From positions 9,788 through 73,787 of the forward strand of contig RXKC01000006.1 in assembly GCA_003962975.1 (NCBI GenBank): 64,000 bases of DNA. Direction: 5' to 3'. The position numbers and the translations under genes were made by a program. The notes beneath the pieces were generated by a model that was not told where the DNA came from, made no database searches, and worked only from the letters and a program-made list of their open reading frames with translations. Source of the DNA: Candidatus Saccharimonadota bacterium (lineage in GTDB: Bacteria > Patescibacteriota > Saccharimonadia > Saccharimonadales > AWTP1-31). Position 1 is the first letter of the stretch; the number at the start of each line of letters is the position of its first letter. Of this stretch, positions 1 to 7,874 are shown piece after piece.

Positions 1-36
1 TTTATACCTTCGGGTAACATACAAGCTGATATTCGC

Positions 37-825
37 TTAATCTTCCTCGTATTCCATTGGCAAGGAGTGGTAAATCGGATCTTCATCCCAGTCTACCTCC
101 AGTGGTCGTAGCCAAATATCCTTCTTGCCGCTCAATAGTCGCTCTTCCGTAGTAGAGTATAGCTCCGAATCCCATATAAGATCTGCTGACATTTTAATAA
201 TCCGTTTCTCGGTATTATCGTTACCGGCGACCAGTAATAGGTATGGGTAGGTATATTCAGCTTCCTCATCAGCATAGTTTATATGGGCATTAATACGCTT
301 CCGAATGATCCAGCCCTGTTCACCAGCTGGTACATATTCCATGAAGAAGGACGGCGCATCTTCATCATCGGGCTCTAGCATGATCCATGGCAAGGGTTTT
401 ATGTACTCTTCTGGATTCAACTGATACTTTGTAATTGTATAGAATGTCTGGGGATAGTTTCTCTGCACAGCCATACTAAGCTTGGGATAGCGGTAATATT
501 CATCAATCTGTGATTCAGTAAAGTCTTTGCTTTTGTAATGTATCTGTGTACGACTAAAGCCAGCTTTTTTGAGATAACGTATTCCAGCAGGTGCTAAGTA
601 ATAGGCGGCTGGTCGTCTGTCTATTCTGTAGGTACCATTATATTTCTTTGCTACATAACCCTGATCTACTAATACTGCCAATCTCTCATAGATAGTTGAT
701 CTATCTTTCTTCAGTAATGCTGCTAATAGATCACTGGTTAAGAATCGATATTTGTATAAAGCCCGTAATATAGACTCCTGCGATTTACTAATTGTATACC
801 TAGTCTTTACCTGAACACGTCTCAT
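37..825 (-). CDS. Winged-helix DNA-binding protein, replication-relaxation-like
   Basis: ORF 37..906; likely start is Met28 (ATG at 825). wHTH-like segment SQESILRALYKYRFLTSDLLAALL..STIYERLAVLVDQGYV. Family call is from memory of plasmid/ICE proteins. Confidence 0.4.
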   Translation of the reverse strand: MRRVQVKTRYTISKSQESILRALYKYRFLTSDLLAALLKKDRSTIYERLAVLVDQGYVAKKYNGTYRIDRRPAAYYLAPAGIRYLKKAGFSRTQIHYKSKDFTESQIDEYYRYPKLSMAVQRNYPQTFYTITKYQLNPEEYIKPLPWIMLEPDDEDAPSFFMEYVPAGEQGWIIRKRINAHINYADEEAEYTYPYLLLVAGNDNTEKRIIKMSADLIWDSELYSTTEERLLSGKKDIWLRPLEVDWDEDPIYHSLPMEYEED

Positions 826-954
826 GTTTTTTCTCTTATATGTATATATAAAAGAAGAGAATGTAAAAGTAAATATATAACAGATTAATACATGTAAAGA
901 TATCACACTGTCCTTAATGGGGATTTTTGATAATAATTTTATTCATAAAAAGTA

Positions 955-1001
955 TTGCAACTATCCTTATATAGGTGCTATACTATACCTATGAAGGATA
1001 G
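955..1001 (+). promoter_or_regulatory. Sigma70-type promoter TTGCAA-18-TATACT overlapped by imperfect inverted repeat CTATCCTT..AAGGATAG
   Basis: -35 at 955-960 and -10 at 979-984. IR arms at 961-968 and 994-1001 plus inner TAGG/CCTA. Lies upstream of the small ORF and recombinase. Confidence 0.4.
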
Positions 1002-1028
1002 TTAAAGCTAGTACCGAGGGTAAAAATT

Positions 1029-1166
1029 ATGGCTAGAACAGTAGGATCAAGCAATAAAGAAATCAAGCTTCCAGAAGTCTTTGAAATGACGCCTGATGAG
1101 CGGATCGAGGTACTGGCAATCCTACTCACAGACATAATATGCGAGGAATTATGCAGTCAGGATTAA
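1029..1166 (+). CDS. Small ORF (45 aa) overlapping the recombinase start; possible accessory/directionality factor
   Basis: ATG at 1029, product MARTVGSSNKEIKLPEVFEMTPDERIEVLAILLTDIICEELCSQD, stop at 1164-1166. Below the ORF-track cutoff; no recognisable motif. Confidence 0.25.
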   Translation: MARTVGSSNKEIKLPEVFEMTPDERIEVLAILLTDIICEELCSQD

Positions 1167-2863
1167 AGCCAAACGCTGTTATTGCTATTCGCGTTAGTAC
1201 AACTAGGCAAGGTACGGATGGCGACTCCCCCGAAGCACAGCGAGAGCAGCTTCTTCGTTACGCCGAAACACATAATATCAACGTAAAGGAACAGTTTGTC
1301 TTTCTGGAGTCTGGCTCAAAAGAAGAGCAGCCAATGCAGCAAGCTATCAATTACTGCAAAGATCCTAAAAACGATATTCAATTCTTCATTATTAAATCAA
1401 TCGATCGTTTTACACGTGGTGGCGGATCACCATACGATCAACTCAAGCTGCAGCTTGAAAGACTAAACGTCACACTAGTAGATATTTATGGCGTTATTAG
1501 CTCACAAAAAGTAAACACCCTCGAACACTTAGGTGTTGAGTATGGATGGAGTAAATATTCCCCAAGCCAAAAGACCGAGTACTTAGAGGCTGAACGCGCC
1601 AAAGATGAGCTACGCGACATATTAAGTCGCATGATTGGTGCTGAAGTACGTTATACGCGCCTAGGCTACTGGATGCGCCAAGCACCTTATGGATTTATTA
1701 GCGAAAAGATTGAAACTCGCAACGGTAAACGAACCGTACTACGACCACACCCCAAAGAGGCACCTTTAATACGTAAATTATTTGAGATGCGATCTCAAGG
1801 CATCTACACAGATGGAGAAATATGCGACCAGCTAAACGCCTTGGGTTTCAAAACACGGATTAGATACAAACGAAGCAAACACGACCGAACACGAATCATT
1901 AGTAAAACCGGTGGCAATCCGCTAACACCAAAATCTCTATGGAAAATCATCAGGCATCCAATATATGCAGGTGTTAATGTTGAGAAATGGACGGAAGGAA
2001 AGCCGATCAAATGTGCTTTTGATGGTCTGGTGAGTATTGAACAATTCAATCGAGCCAATAAAGGGAAGTTGGCGATAATTGAGAAGGGTGACGAATTAGA
2101 GCTTGCTACCAAAGAATCGGAGCGAGTTGTTGTTAATGCTGGTGTGCGTAGCCCAGACTTTCCCTATAAGCGCTTTGTAGGCTGCTCAGAATGTGGTCGC
2201 CCATTACTTGGCAGTGCATCGCGTGGCAAGAACGGTAAATATTACCCAGCATATCACTGCAGTAATCATGGCCACTACTTCCGAGTACCAAAAGACGAAC
2301 TTGAAGCAACAGTAGCTGAGTTTATTGGCCTTATAAAGCCCTCTCAGAAGCAAATCACTATGCTTACCGATGCCGTTCTAGCCGAGTGGGAAAAACGTCA
2401 ACAACACACCAAGAAAATACTTGAAAGCTACGATGAGCGTATAGTCGGTCTAAAAGCCGAGCTGCGACACACACTCCAAAGCATGAAGTCACTAACATCG
2501 GCGACAGCAATAAAATATATGGAGGAAGATTTAATGCATATCGAGACACAAATAAAGCAGCTAGAATCAGACAAGAAAGCCGTAGCAGGTGCAGACATAA
2601 GTAAAGTAGAGCGAATTGTTGCAAGAGTGAAATACTTCCTGGAAAACATGGACAAATTGATGCTTAAACAGATTGATCCGATCAAAAAAGCTCAATTCTT
2701 TGGTGTACTTTTTAACCAAATCCCAAGGTACTCAGAGATAAGTTCTGGAACACCCACTATATTGCCACTTGACCTCCGTTTTAAAGCAACAAAAAAGACC
2801 CAAGAAAGTCTTGAGTCCCTTATGGTGACCTCACGGAGAATCGAACTCCGATTGCCGGGATGA
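1139..2863 (+). CDS. Large serine recombinase (integrase)
   Basis: N-terminal resolvase motif AIRVSTTRQ (catalytic Ser) and a recombinase domain. Zn-ribbon CSECGRPL..YHCSNHGH and a C-terminal coiled coil. Start may be ATG 1151. Confidence 0.9.
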   Translation: MRGIMQSGLKPNAVIAIRVSTTRQGTDGDSPEAQREQLLRYAETHNINVKEQFVFLESGSKEEQPMQQAINYCKDPKNDIQFFIIKSIDRFTRGGGSPYDQLKLQLERLNVTLVDIYGVISSQKVNTLEHLGVEYGWSKYSPSQKTEYLEAERAKDELRDILSRMIGAEVRYTRLGYWMRQAPYGFISEKIETRNGKRTVLRPHPKEAPLIRKLFEMRSQGIYTDGEICDQLNALGFKTRIRYKRSKHDRTRIISKTGGNPLTPKSLWKIIRHPIYAGVNVEKWTEGKPIKCAFDGLVSIEQFNRANKGKLAIIEKGDELELATKESERVVVNAGVRSPDFPYKRFVGCSECGRPLLGSASRGKNGKYYPAYHCSNHGHYFRVPKDELEATVAEFIGLIKPSQKQITMLTDAVLAEWEKRQQHTKKILESYDERIVGLKAELRHTLQSMKSLTSATAIKYMEEDLMHIETQIKQLESDKKAVAGADISKVERIVARVKYFLENMDKLMLKQIDPIKKAQFFGVLFNQIPRYSEISSGTPTILPLDLRFKATKKTQESLESLMVTSRRIELRLPG

Positions 2864-2897
2864 AAACCCGGATTCCTAACCGTTAGAAGATGAGGCC
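2823..2897 (-). tRNA. tRNA-Glu (anticodon UUC), CCA encoded
   Basis: Hand-folded 75-nt cloverleaf: acceptor GGCCTCA/TGAGGTC, anticodon stem CCGGG/CCCGG, loop TTTTCAT, T-arm CGGAG-TTCGATT-CTCCG. Confidence 0.85.
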
Positions 2898-3217
2898 ACG
2901 GCTCGGAAAATTATAGCATAACAGGGGAGAAATTAAAAGACTCCCTTGCAGGGGAGTCAGTATAAGATTTGAGCGGTCAGTCACGAGTACTCGGTCTTTA
3001 CCAAGAAGTATATCACAATTTTCACCAATTGGCTAGAGCTTATCCACAGGCAGCATTGATTACTTGACATGACTTCAGCTTTTCTTCAGAATATAACCAT
3101 AAGTAATATAAAGGTTGGTATGCCTGCAAATAAAAAACAATTCAAAAACAAAAATCATTCCGCGATTTCTTTCGTGGTAAAAAACAAAGGCGCCTAGCTC
3201 TCGCTATTGTTGCCGTA

Positions 3218-4624
3218 GTGGCAATTGTTGGTGCTTACTTCTTGTTTTTTGCTCAAGCCGCGCCAAACAACTGTTCACCCGTTGAAGGTGGCGGTATTTG
3301 TGATGTCAACCAAGCTTCTAGCCCCGATGGCGCTGACGCCGTTGCTTCAACCACCGATGAAGTTCAAATTTTGACTACACAACACGGCTGGACCGACTGG
3401 GGCGTACCTTTTAGAGCGCCAAATTTCCCTCAAAACGGCGCTAAGCCTGTTCATCGTTATCACCGCGCCGACATTACTGCTCACTTCTTGGTAATTGATG
3501 GCTCAGTTGATCATCAAAAAATCGCCGCTGATCCAGCGAACGTATATGAAGGCATTGCCTTTTATGGATGGTCAGACGGCAGTCAACCAGGTACTACACC
3601 CATCCACCGTATCAACCGTAAACCACTTTATTTCTTGCAAATGTATACGGATAACCAGAATACTGTTAATAGTTTTGTTGCCAACCCAGACGGCACATGG
3701 GAAGATGGTGGCGTAAACTTCTGGGCTTACCCAGCAGGGTACTTTCCACCTCAACCTGCTGGCACTCCGACTAAAGATACAGACTGCGCAAATCAAAACC
3801 TCCGCCTTGGTGACAAAGGTGCGTGTGTGCAGTGGCATAAAGGCGTCATGAATGGATACATTAAATACAATAATGGCACTGGGGCGCCGCTAGATGTAAA
3901 TAACAATGTCTTCGACGAACAGACTGTTAACTACACCAAACTCTTTGCTATGTCACTACAGTCAAAAGGTGTGAAATTTACGAACTTCAGTGGTGTTCTC
4001 ACCAAAGAAATTTGGGATGCTTTTGCAGCTGGTTACCCCGCAGTTCCTCCAACCCCAACCACACCAGCACAACCACCTGTTGTCCCTCCAAAGCCAGGTC
4101 CACGACCTAAAACACCAGCACCTAAACCACCTACAAAACCCGCACCAACAAACCCTGGAGATACTGATACGCCTCCGCCCGTTTCTAGTCCGGGGAAATC
4201 TCCAAAAGAACAATGTTTAGCACGTGGTGGAATTTGGGATCCTATCGCAGATGTGTGTAAAGCAAAAAGAACAACACCAGCGCCGAACCCCAGAGATTGT
4301 CCCGACGGCCAAAGTTGGCGCGAAAGAGAAGGTTGTGTCAAGTTAAATCCGACTCACTTCGTTTACAAGTGTGCATATGCATGGCAGCAAAAACAATCTT
4401 TCCCATTCTCTGGCTACGACAATAAAGCTACGGAAGTTAAGTTCGATAATAAATTACGAACCGCAAGCGAAGCAGCTGATTTCTGCAAAACCAAACTAAA
4501 CACTTGGAAAAAAGATAACAAATATTTCTACCTGTATAAGGGTTTCAACTATGAGGAATATCAGACTACGGATTGGCAACATAAGAAGGTTAAGAATATC
4601 CGTTATACAGGAATAACTAAATAG
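3218..4624 (+). CDS. Secreted protein with PG-binding-like segment and Pro-rich linker; the 5' end probably begins at ATG 3120 in another frame (see findings)
   Basis: ORF track 468 aa. Hydrophobic N-terminus ..AIVGAYFLFFAQA, linker PTPTTPAQPPVVPPKPGPRPKTPAPKPPTKP, and a Cys-containing C-terminal domain. Confidence 0.7.
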   Translation: MAIVGAYFLFFAQAAPNNCSPVEGGGICDVNQASSPDGADAVASTTDEVQILTTQHGWTDWGVPFRAPNFPQNGAKPVHRYHRADITAHFLVIDGSVDHQKIAADPANVYEGIAFYGWSDGSQPGTTPIHRINRKPLYFLQMYTDNQNTVNSFVANPDGTWEDGGVNFWAYPAGYFPPQPAGTPTKDTDCANQNLRLGDKGACVQWHKGVMNGYIKYNNGTGAPLDVNNNVFDEQTVNYTKLFAMSLQSKGVKFTNFSGVLTKEIWDAFAAGYPAVPPTPTTPAQPPVVPPKPGPRPKTPAPKPPTKPAPTNPGDTDTPPPVSSPGKSPKEQCLARGGIWDPIADVCKAKRTTPAPNPRDCPDGQSWREREGCVKLNPTHFVYKCAYAWQQKQSFPFSGYDNKATEVKFDNKLRTASEAADFCKTKLNTWKKDNKYFYLYKGFNYEEYQTTDWQHKKVKNIRYTGITK

Positions 4625-4644
4625 CGTACTGAACAACGATATTT

Positions 4645-4671
4645 AAAAGGAGCTCCATTGGAGCTCCTTTT
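4645..4671. terminator. Bidirectional intrinsic terminator between convergent genes
   Basis: AAAAGGAGCTCC-ATT-GGAGCTCCTTTT: a perfect 8-bp GC-rich stem flanked by an A-tract and a T-tract. Confidence 0.85.
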
Positions 4672-4691
4672 AAATAGATCTGTGTAATCTA

Positions 4692-6560
4692 TTAGGCCTT
4701 GCGGGCTACGAATGCTCGGTGCAAGAATGCGCCGATCAGTGAAGTAGCAGCAAAGATACCAAGTACACTACCGGCACCTGTGTTTGGCAGAGTGGTAGGA
4801 GGTGTAGTTGGAGGAGTAACAGGAGGAGTGCTGGTCAGTGTTACTGGAGCAGCACACTTGTCGCTGTCAACAACCTTGTCTTCACCATTAACCGTAAAGG
4901 TTAGGACTGCACGGGTTACGAATGTGCCGTCTTTGGTGTAGGTGTGGTTTGCAACTGGGTTGTTAGTTACAAACTCTTGGCTACCGTCACCGTAGTTGAA
5001 CTTAACGAGCTTCAGGTTTGCACCGTTGTTAGCTGTAAAGCGTACGGTATATCGGTACTGTCGGTCACCAATCTTTTCAGCAGTAAGGCCATCACAGCTG
5101 TACTTAGGATCGATTTGCTTCTTAGAGATAGTTACCTCAGTTTCACAAGCTGGGCTTGTTGCTGTCTTATCTTGACCGTTTACGGTAAACGTAGCGGTTA
5201 CACGGATACGGTAAGTACCTTCAGTAGCATAGGTGTGCTCAACAGTAGCGTTTGGTGTAGTGGTAGTGTTACCGTCACCAAAGTTGTAGCTCAGGCTCTT
5301 TAGAGTAGCGCCGTTGCTTGCAGAAGTGTTAGCGTTGAATCGGAAACGATAGTCACTAAGTTTGCTAGCGGTCAGTAGGTCACAGCTATAGGTAGGAGTT
5401 ACTGGATTACAGTCTTCCTTGGTAATGATTACATCTGCGTAGTCATTGATTTCTGGAGTAGTAGATGACTTTGCGTATGCAATGTTACGGATCTTTGTAG
5501 AACATTCACCAAAGTCACCTTTGGTAACAGCAGAGAATGTGAGGAAGGTGTTTACGCCTGGGTTGTATTTACCTGTATTAAAGCCACCGCCGAATAGGTT
5601 AACGTCGTTCTGTGGGAAGGTGCCAGCACCGTTCACAAACTTTACGCTACCAGGTACGAGTGCTACATGTGGCGGCAAAATGTCACGTACAACAACATCG
5701 TTGAGTACTGAAGTGCCATCGTTCTTGGTGTCGATTAGGTAATCAACTTTAGTGTTTGGAGCAACACTAATTTCTTTGCTCCAGTTGCCTGTTTGACCAG
5801 GAACGTTCTTACGAACTTTCTTCTCGATGTCTAGGTCGTATGTTGCAACCTTGACACGAACTTTAACCTCAACCAATGCTGCGTAATCGAAACAACCAGG
5901 GAGGTTACCGTCCATAGTCTTGTCACCGATCAACGCACCAGTAGTAACAATGCTGTCACTAAGAGCATATGAAGAAGTGTTGCGGAGTAGTTTAGCAGAA
6001 CCAGGAACGTACTCGACGCTAAACTGTTGGCTACCAAGCAGATCAGTTGTGTCTTCAACCATAGCAGCATTGTCTGCGCTAATGTAAGAACGAGCACGGA
6101 GTACCTGTGAAGTAGCAGTTGGAAGAGCGATACGAACTTTTGCACCAGTTGCCATACCACCACTTAGGTTAGTGTTTTGGTTAGCGTTGTTGTGTACGTA
6201 TGTACGTAGAACAACTTCGCGGCTACCGTTTGTTACGTCATTAATCTGGTCAGCGTTTGTGTTTGCTGCTTGATCAGAACGTCGGCCGTCAAAGAAAGCG
6301 CGTTCGTCGCCGTAGCTAGGTGTGTTAATGAAGCTGTTAAGAACAGGACCATTCATTGAACCACAACGGTTCTTGTCTGCTTCGTCAGCAGCAGTACAGG
6401 TACTGCCATTCAGAGGCAATTTGTTGTAGTCATAGACTGGGCGTACTGGGTAATACTCAGCGACTGCGGCCAGAGGAGCAACAACTGCGGCTACTGCAGC
6501 AACAGCTACAATTGCCTTTGCTTTCTTAGAAAGCTTCTTGAAAATATTTCGTAGTTTCAT
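4692..6560 (-). CDS. Sortase-anchored surface protein (LPNTG) with DUF11-like and two PKD-like domains
   Basis: Signal peptide present. PKD-like YNFGDGNTTT..HTY..GTY and FNYGDGSQEF..HTYTKDGTF. C-terminus is TLPNTG + TM + RAFVARKA. Confidence 0.85.
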   Translation of the reverse strand: MKLRNIFKKLSKKAKAIVAVAAVAAVVAPLAAVAEYYPVRPVYDYNKLPLNGSTCTAADEADKNRCGSMNGPVLNSFINTPSYGDERAFFDGRRSDQAANTNADQINDVTNGSREVVLRTYVHNNANQNTNLSGGMATGAKVRIALPTATSQVLRARSYISADNAAMVEDTTDLLGSQQFSVEYVPGSAKLLRNTSSYALSDSIVTTGALIGDKTMDGNLPGCFDYAALVEVKVRVKVATYDLDIEKKVRKNVPGQTGNWSKEISVAPNTKVDYLIDTKNDGTSVLNDVVVRDILPPHVALVPGSVKFVNGAGTFPQNDVNLFGGGFNTGKYNPGVNTFLTFSAVTKGDFGECSTKIRNIAYAKSSTTPEINDYADVIITKEDCNPVTPTYSCDLLTASKLSDYRFRFNANTSASNGATLKSLSYNFGDGNTTTTPNATVEHTYATEGTYRIRVTATFTVNGQDKTATSPACETEVTISKKQIDPKYSCDGLTAEKIGDRQYRYTVRFTANNGANLKLVKFNYGDGSQEFVTNNPVANHTYTKDGTFVTRAVLTFTVNGEDKVVDSDKCAAPVTLTSTPPVTPPTTPPTTLPNTGAGSVLGIFAATSLIGAFLHRAFVARKA

Positions 6561-6584
6561 AGTTATTCCTTTTACTCCTTATTC

Positions 6585-7634
6585 CTAGATGTCGTCCTGT
6601 GAGCCGGCACCACCGCCGCCACCTTGTTCGCCAGTTTGTGTTGAACCAGTGCCACCGTCATCTACATCAACTGTAGGTGAACCGTTGCCACCAGGGTTAC
6701 CGGTTTCAGCACCATCATTTGGTGGAGGGGTAGTTTCGCCATCTGGATCAGAAGTAACAACAGTTTCAACAGGTGCCGTAACAACTAGCTCGCCTTCAAC
6801 ATACCCTTGTTCGTTAGGTTTCTGGCCAGCAGGGCCTTTACCAGGACCGGTCGGACCACTTGGCGCAGTACCGCTACCGCGGTTCTGACCAGGAACACCA
6901 GCAGGTGTTGTGTGTCGATCATTCTTTGGAGTAACGCCAGGAGGAGTTTGCTCTGGTTCGTCAGTTTTACCAGGAGGTAGATATACAGGACCACTTACAA
7001 TACCTAGGTTTCCACAGCGTTTCATGATGTGCACTCTGCGACCATCTTTTAGAGTTAAAGATACGCCCATTGTGTCGCCTGAGACACCTGCGCGTTCAGC
7101 AAAGAACACACGCTCGCCATCAAAACCACTGTTTACCATTCCAAGTGGTGCGGGAACGCTACCGTCAGAGATCTCTGCTTCGCTCAATTCCACTTCCATA
7201 GCTGTACGGACGTCGTCAGCAAGCTCGGTGGCGCAACCTTCTTCGTCGACCAGTTCATCTTTAGGGATTTCTTTCTCGATAATTTGTTTTGCATAGTCGG
7301 CGAGCACCCCGTCATCACGAGAGATAACTTCAGACCAAACGCCAATCGCATCTCGAGCCTCATCTTCGTTGGCAGCGTCGCCAAGCTCAGGAATACCGTC
7401 CATAATTACGCGTGAAGCTTCGTTGCGAGGTAAACCAGGCATTGCCCAGGTTTTCGCGCAAGCTTCTTGTTCTTCTTCTGTTGGAGCACCAGCATCAACA
7501 TCAGCTGCTGCTGTCGCTGCTTCTTCTCGGTTTCCTAAGTCTGTTTCTGCGCCACAACCTGCGAGTGCACCACTACCTAGTAGCAGTGTTCCGGTTAGGG
7601 CAAGGGCTCGTACATATGGTAATACTTCTGCCAT
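6585..7634 (-). CDS. Putative lipoprotein with Gly/Pro/Thr-rich C-terminus
   Basis: Lipobox LLGSGALAGC. SD GGAG lies 8 nt upstream of ATG 7634. Low-complexity C-terminal half. Confidence 0.65.
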   Translation of the reverse strand: MAEVLPYVRALALTGTLLLGSGALAGCGAETDLGNREEAATAAADVDAGAPTEEEQEACAKTWAMPGLPRNEASRVIMDGIPELGDAANEDEARDAIGVWSEVISRDDGVLADYAKQIIEKEIPKDELVDEEGCATELADDVRTAMEVELSEAEISDGSVPAPLGMVNSGFDGERVFFAERAGVSGDTMGVSLTLKDGRRVHIMKRCGNLGIVSGPVYLPPGKTDEPEQTPPGVTPKNDRHTTPAGVPGQNRGSGTAPSGPTGPGKGPAGQKPNEQGYVEGELVVTAPVETVVTSDPDGETTPPPNDGAETGNPGGNGSPTVDVDDGGTGSTQTGEQGGGGGAGSQDDI

Positions 7635-7718
7635 ATAGTTTTTCTCCTCTAGAGGCTCTCGCCTCTTGATTACTCAGACTACCTCTCCCAAGGCAGACCA
7701 CCTAAATTTACAGATTCA

Positions 7719-7747
7719 ACTTTACCACAAGCATACGCTTATGTCAA
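7719..7747 (-). promoter_or_regulatory. Promoter TTGACA-17-TAAAGT (extended TGg) for the 6585..7634 / 4692..6560 genes
   Basis: On the minus strand: TTGACA (7747-7742), 17-nt spacer, TAAAGT (7724-7719). Confidence 0.55.
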
Positions 7748-7874
7748 TACTTTTTATAATGTTTCTGTAGTAAACACAAGCGTTTTCTCCAGATACACCT
7801 TCTTAGCATTAGCATATTCGCTCAATAGGGCTATCCGAAGCTCAACAAATACGATTTAGCTCCCCTACCGGGGA

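Larger units (their letters stand above)
1..2863. mobile_element. Right-hand part of a putative integrative element (wHTH protein, small ORF, large serine recombinase) ending at tRNA-Glu; left end lies outside the window
   Basis: Recombinase plus replication-relaxation-like gene with a divergent AT-rich control region (826-1138). The recombinase ORF runs 41 nt into the 3' part of tRNA-Glu (2823-2863). Confidence 0.5.

Noticed and set aside
2939-2958. The hairpin GACTCCC-N6-GGGAGTC as the terminator of the plus-strand recombinase gene.
   Set aside because: On the plus strand it is not followed by a T-tract (AGTATAAG). The U-tract is on the minus strand, so it is listed instead as part of a minus-strand candidate unit.
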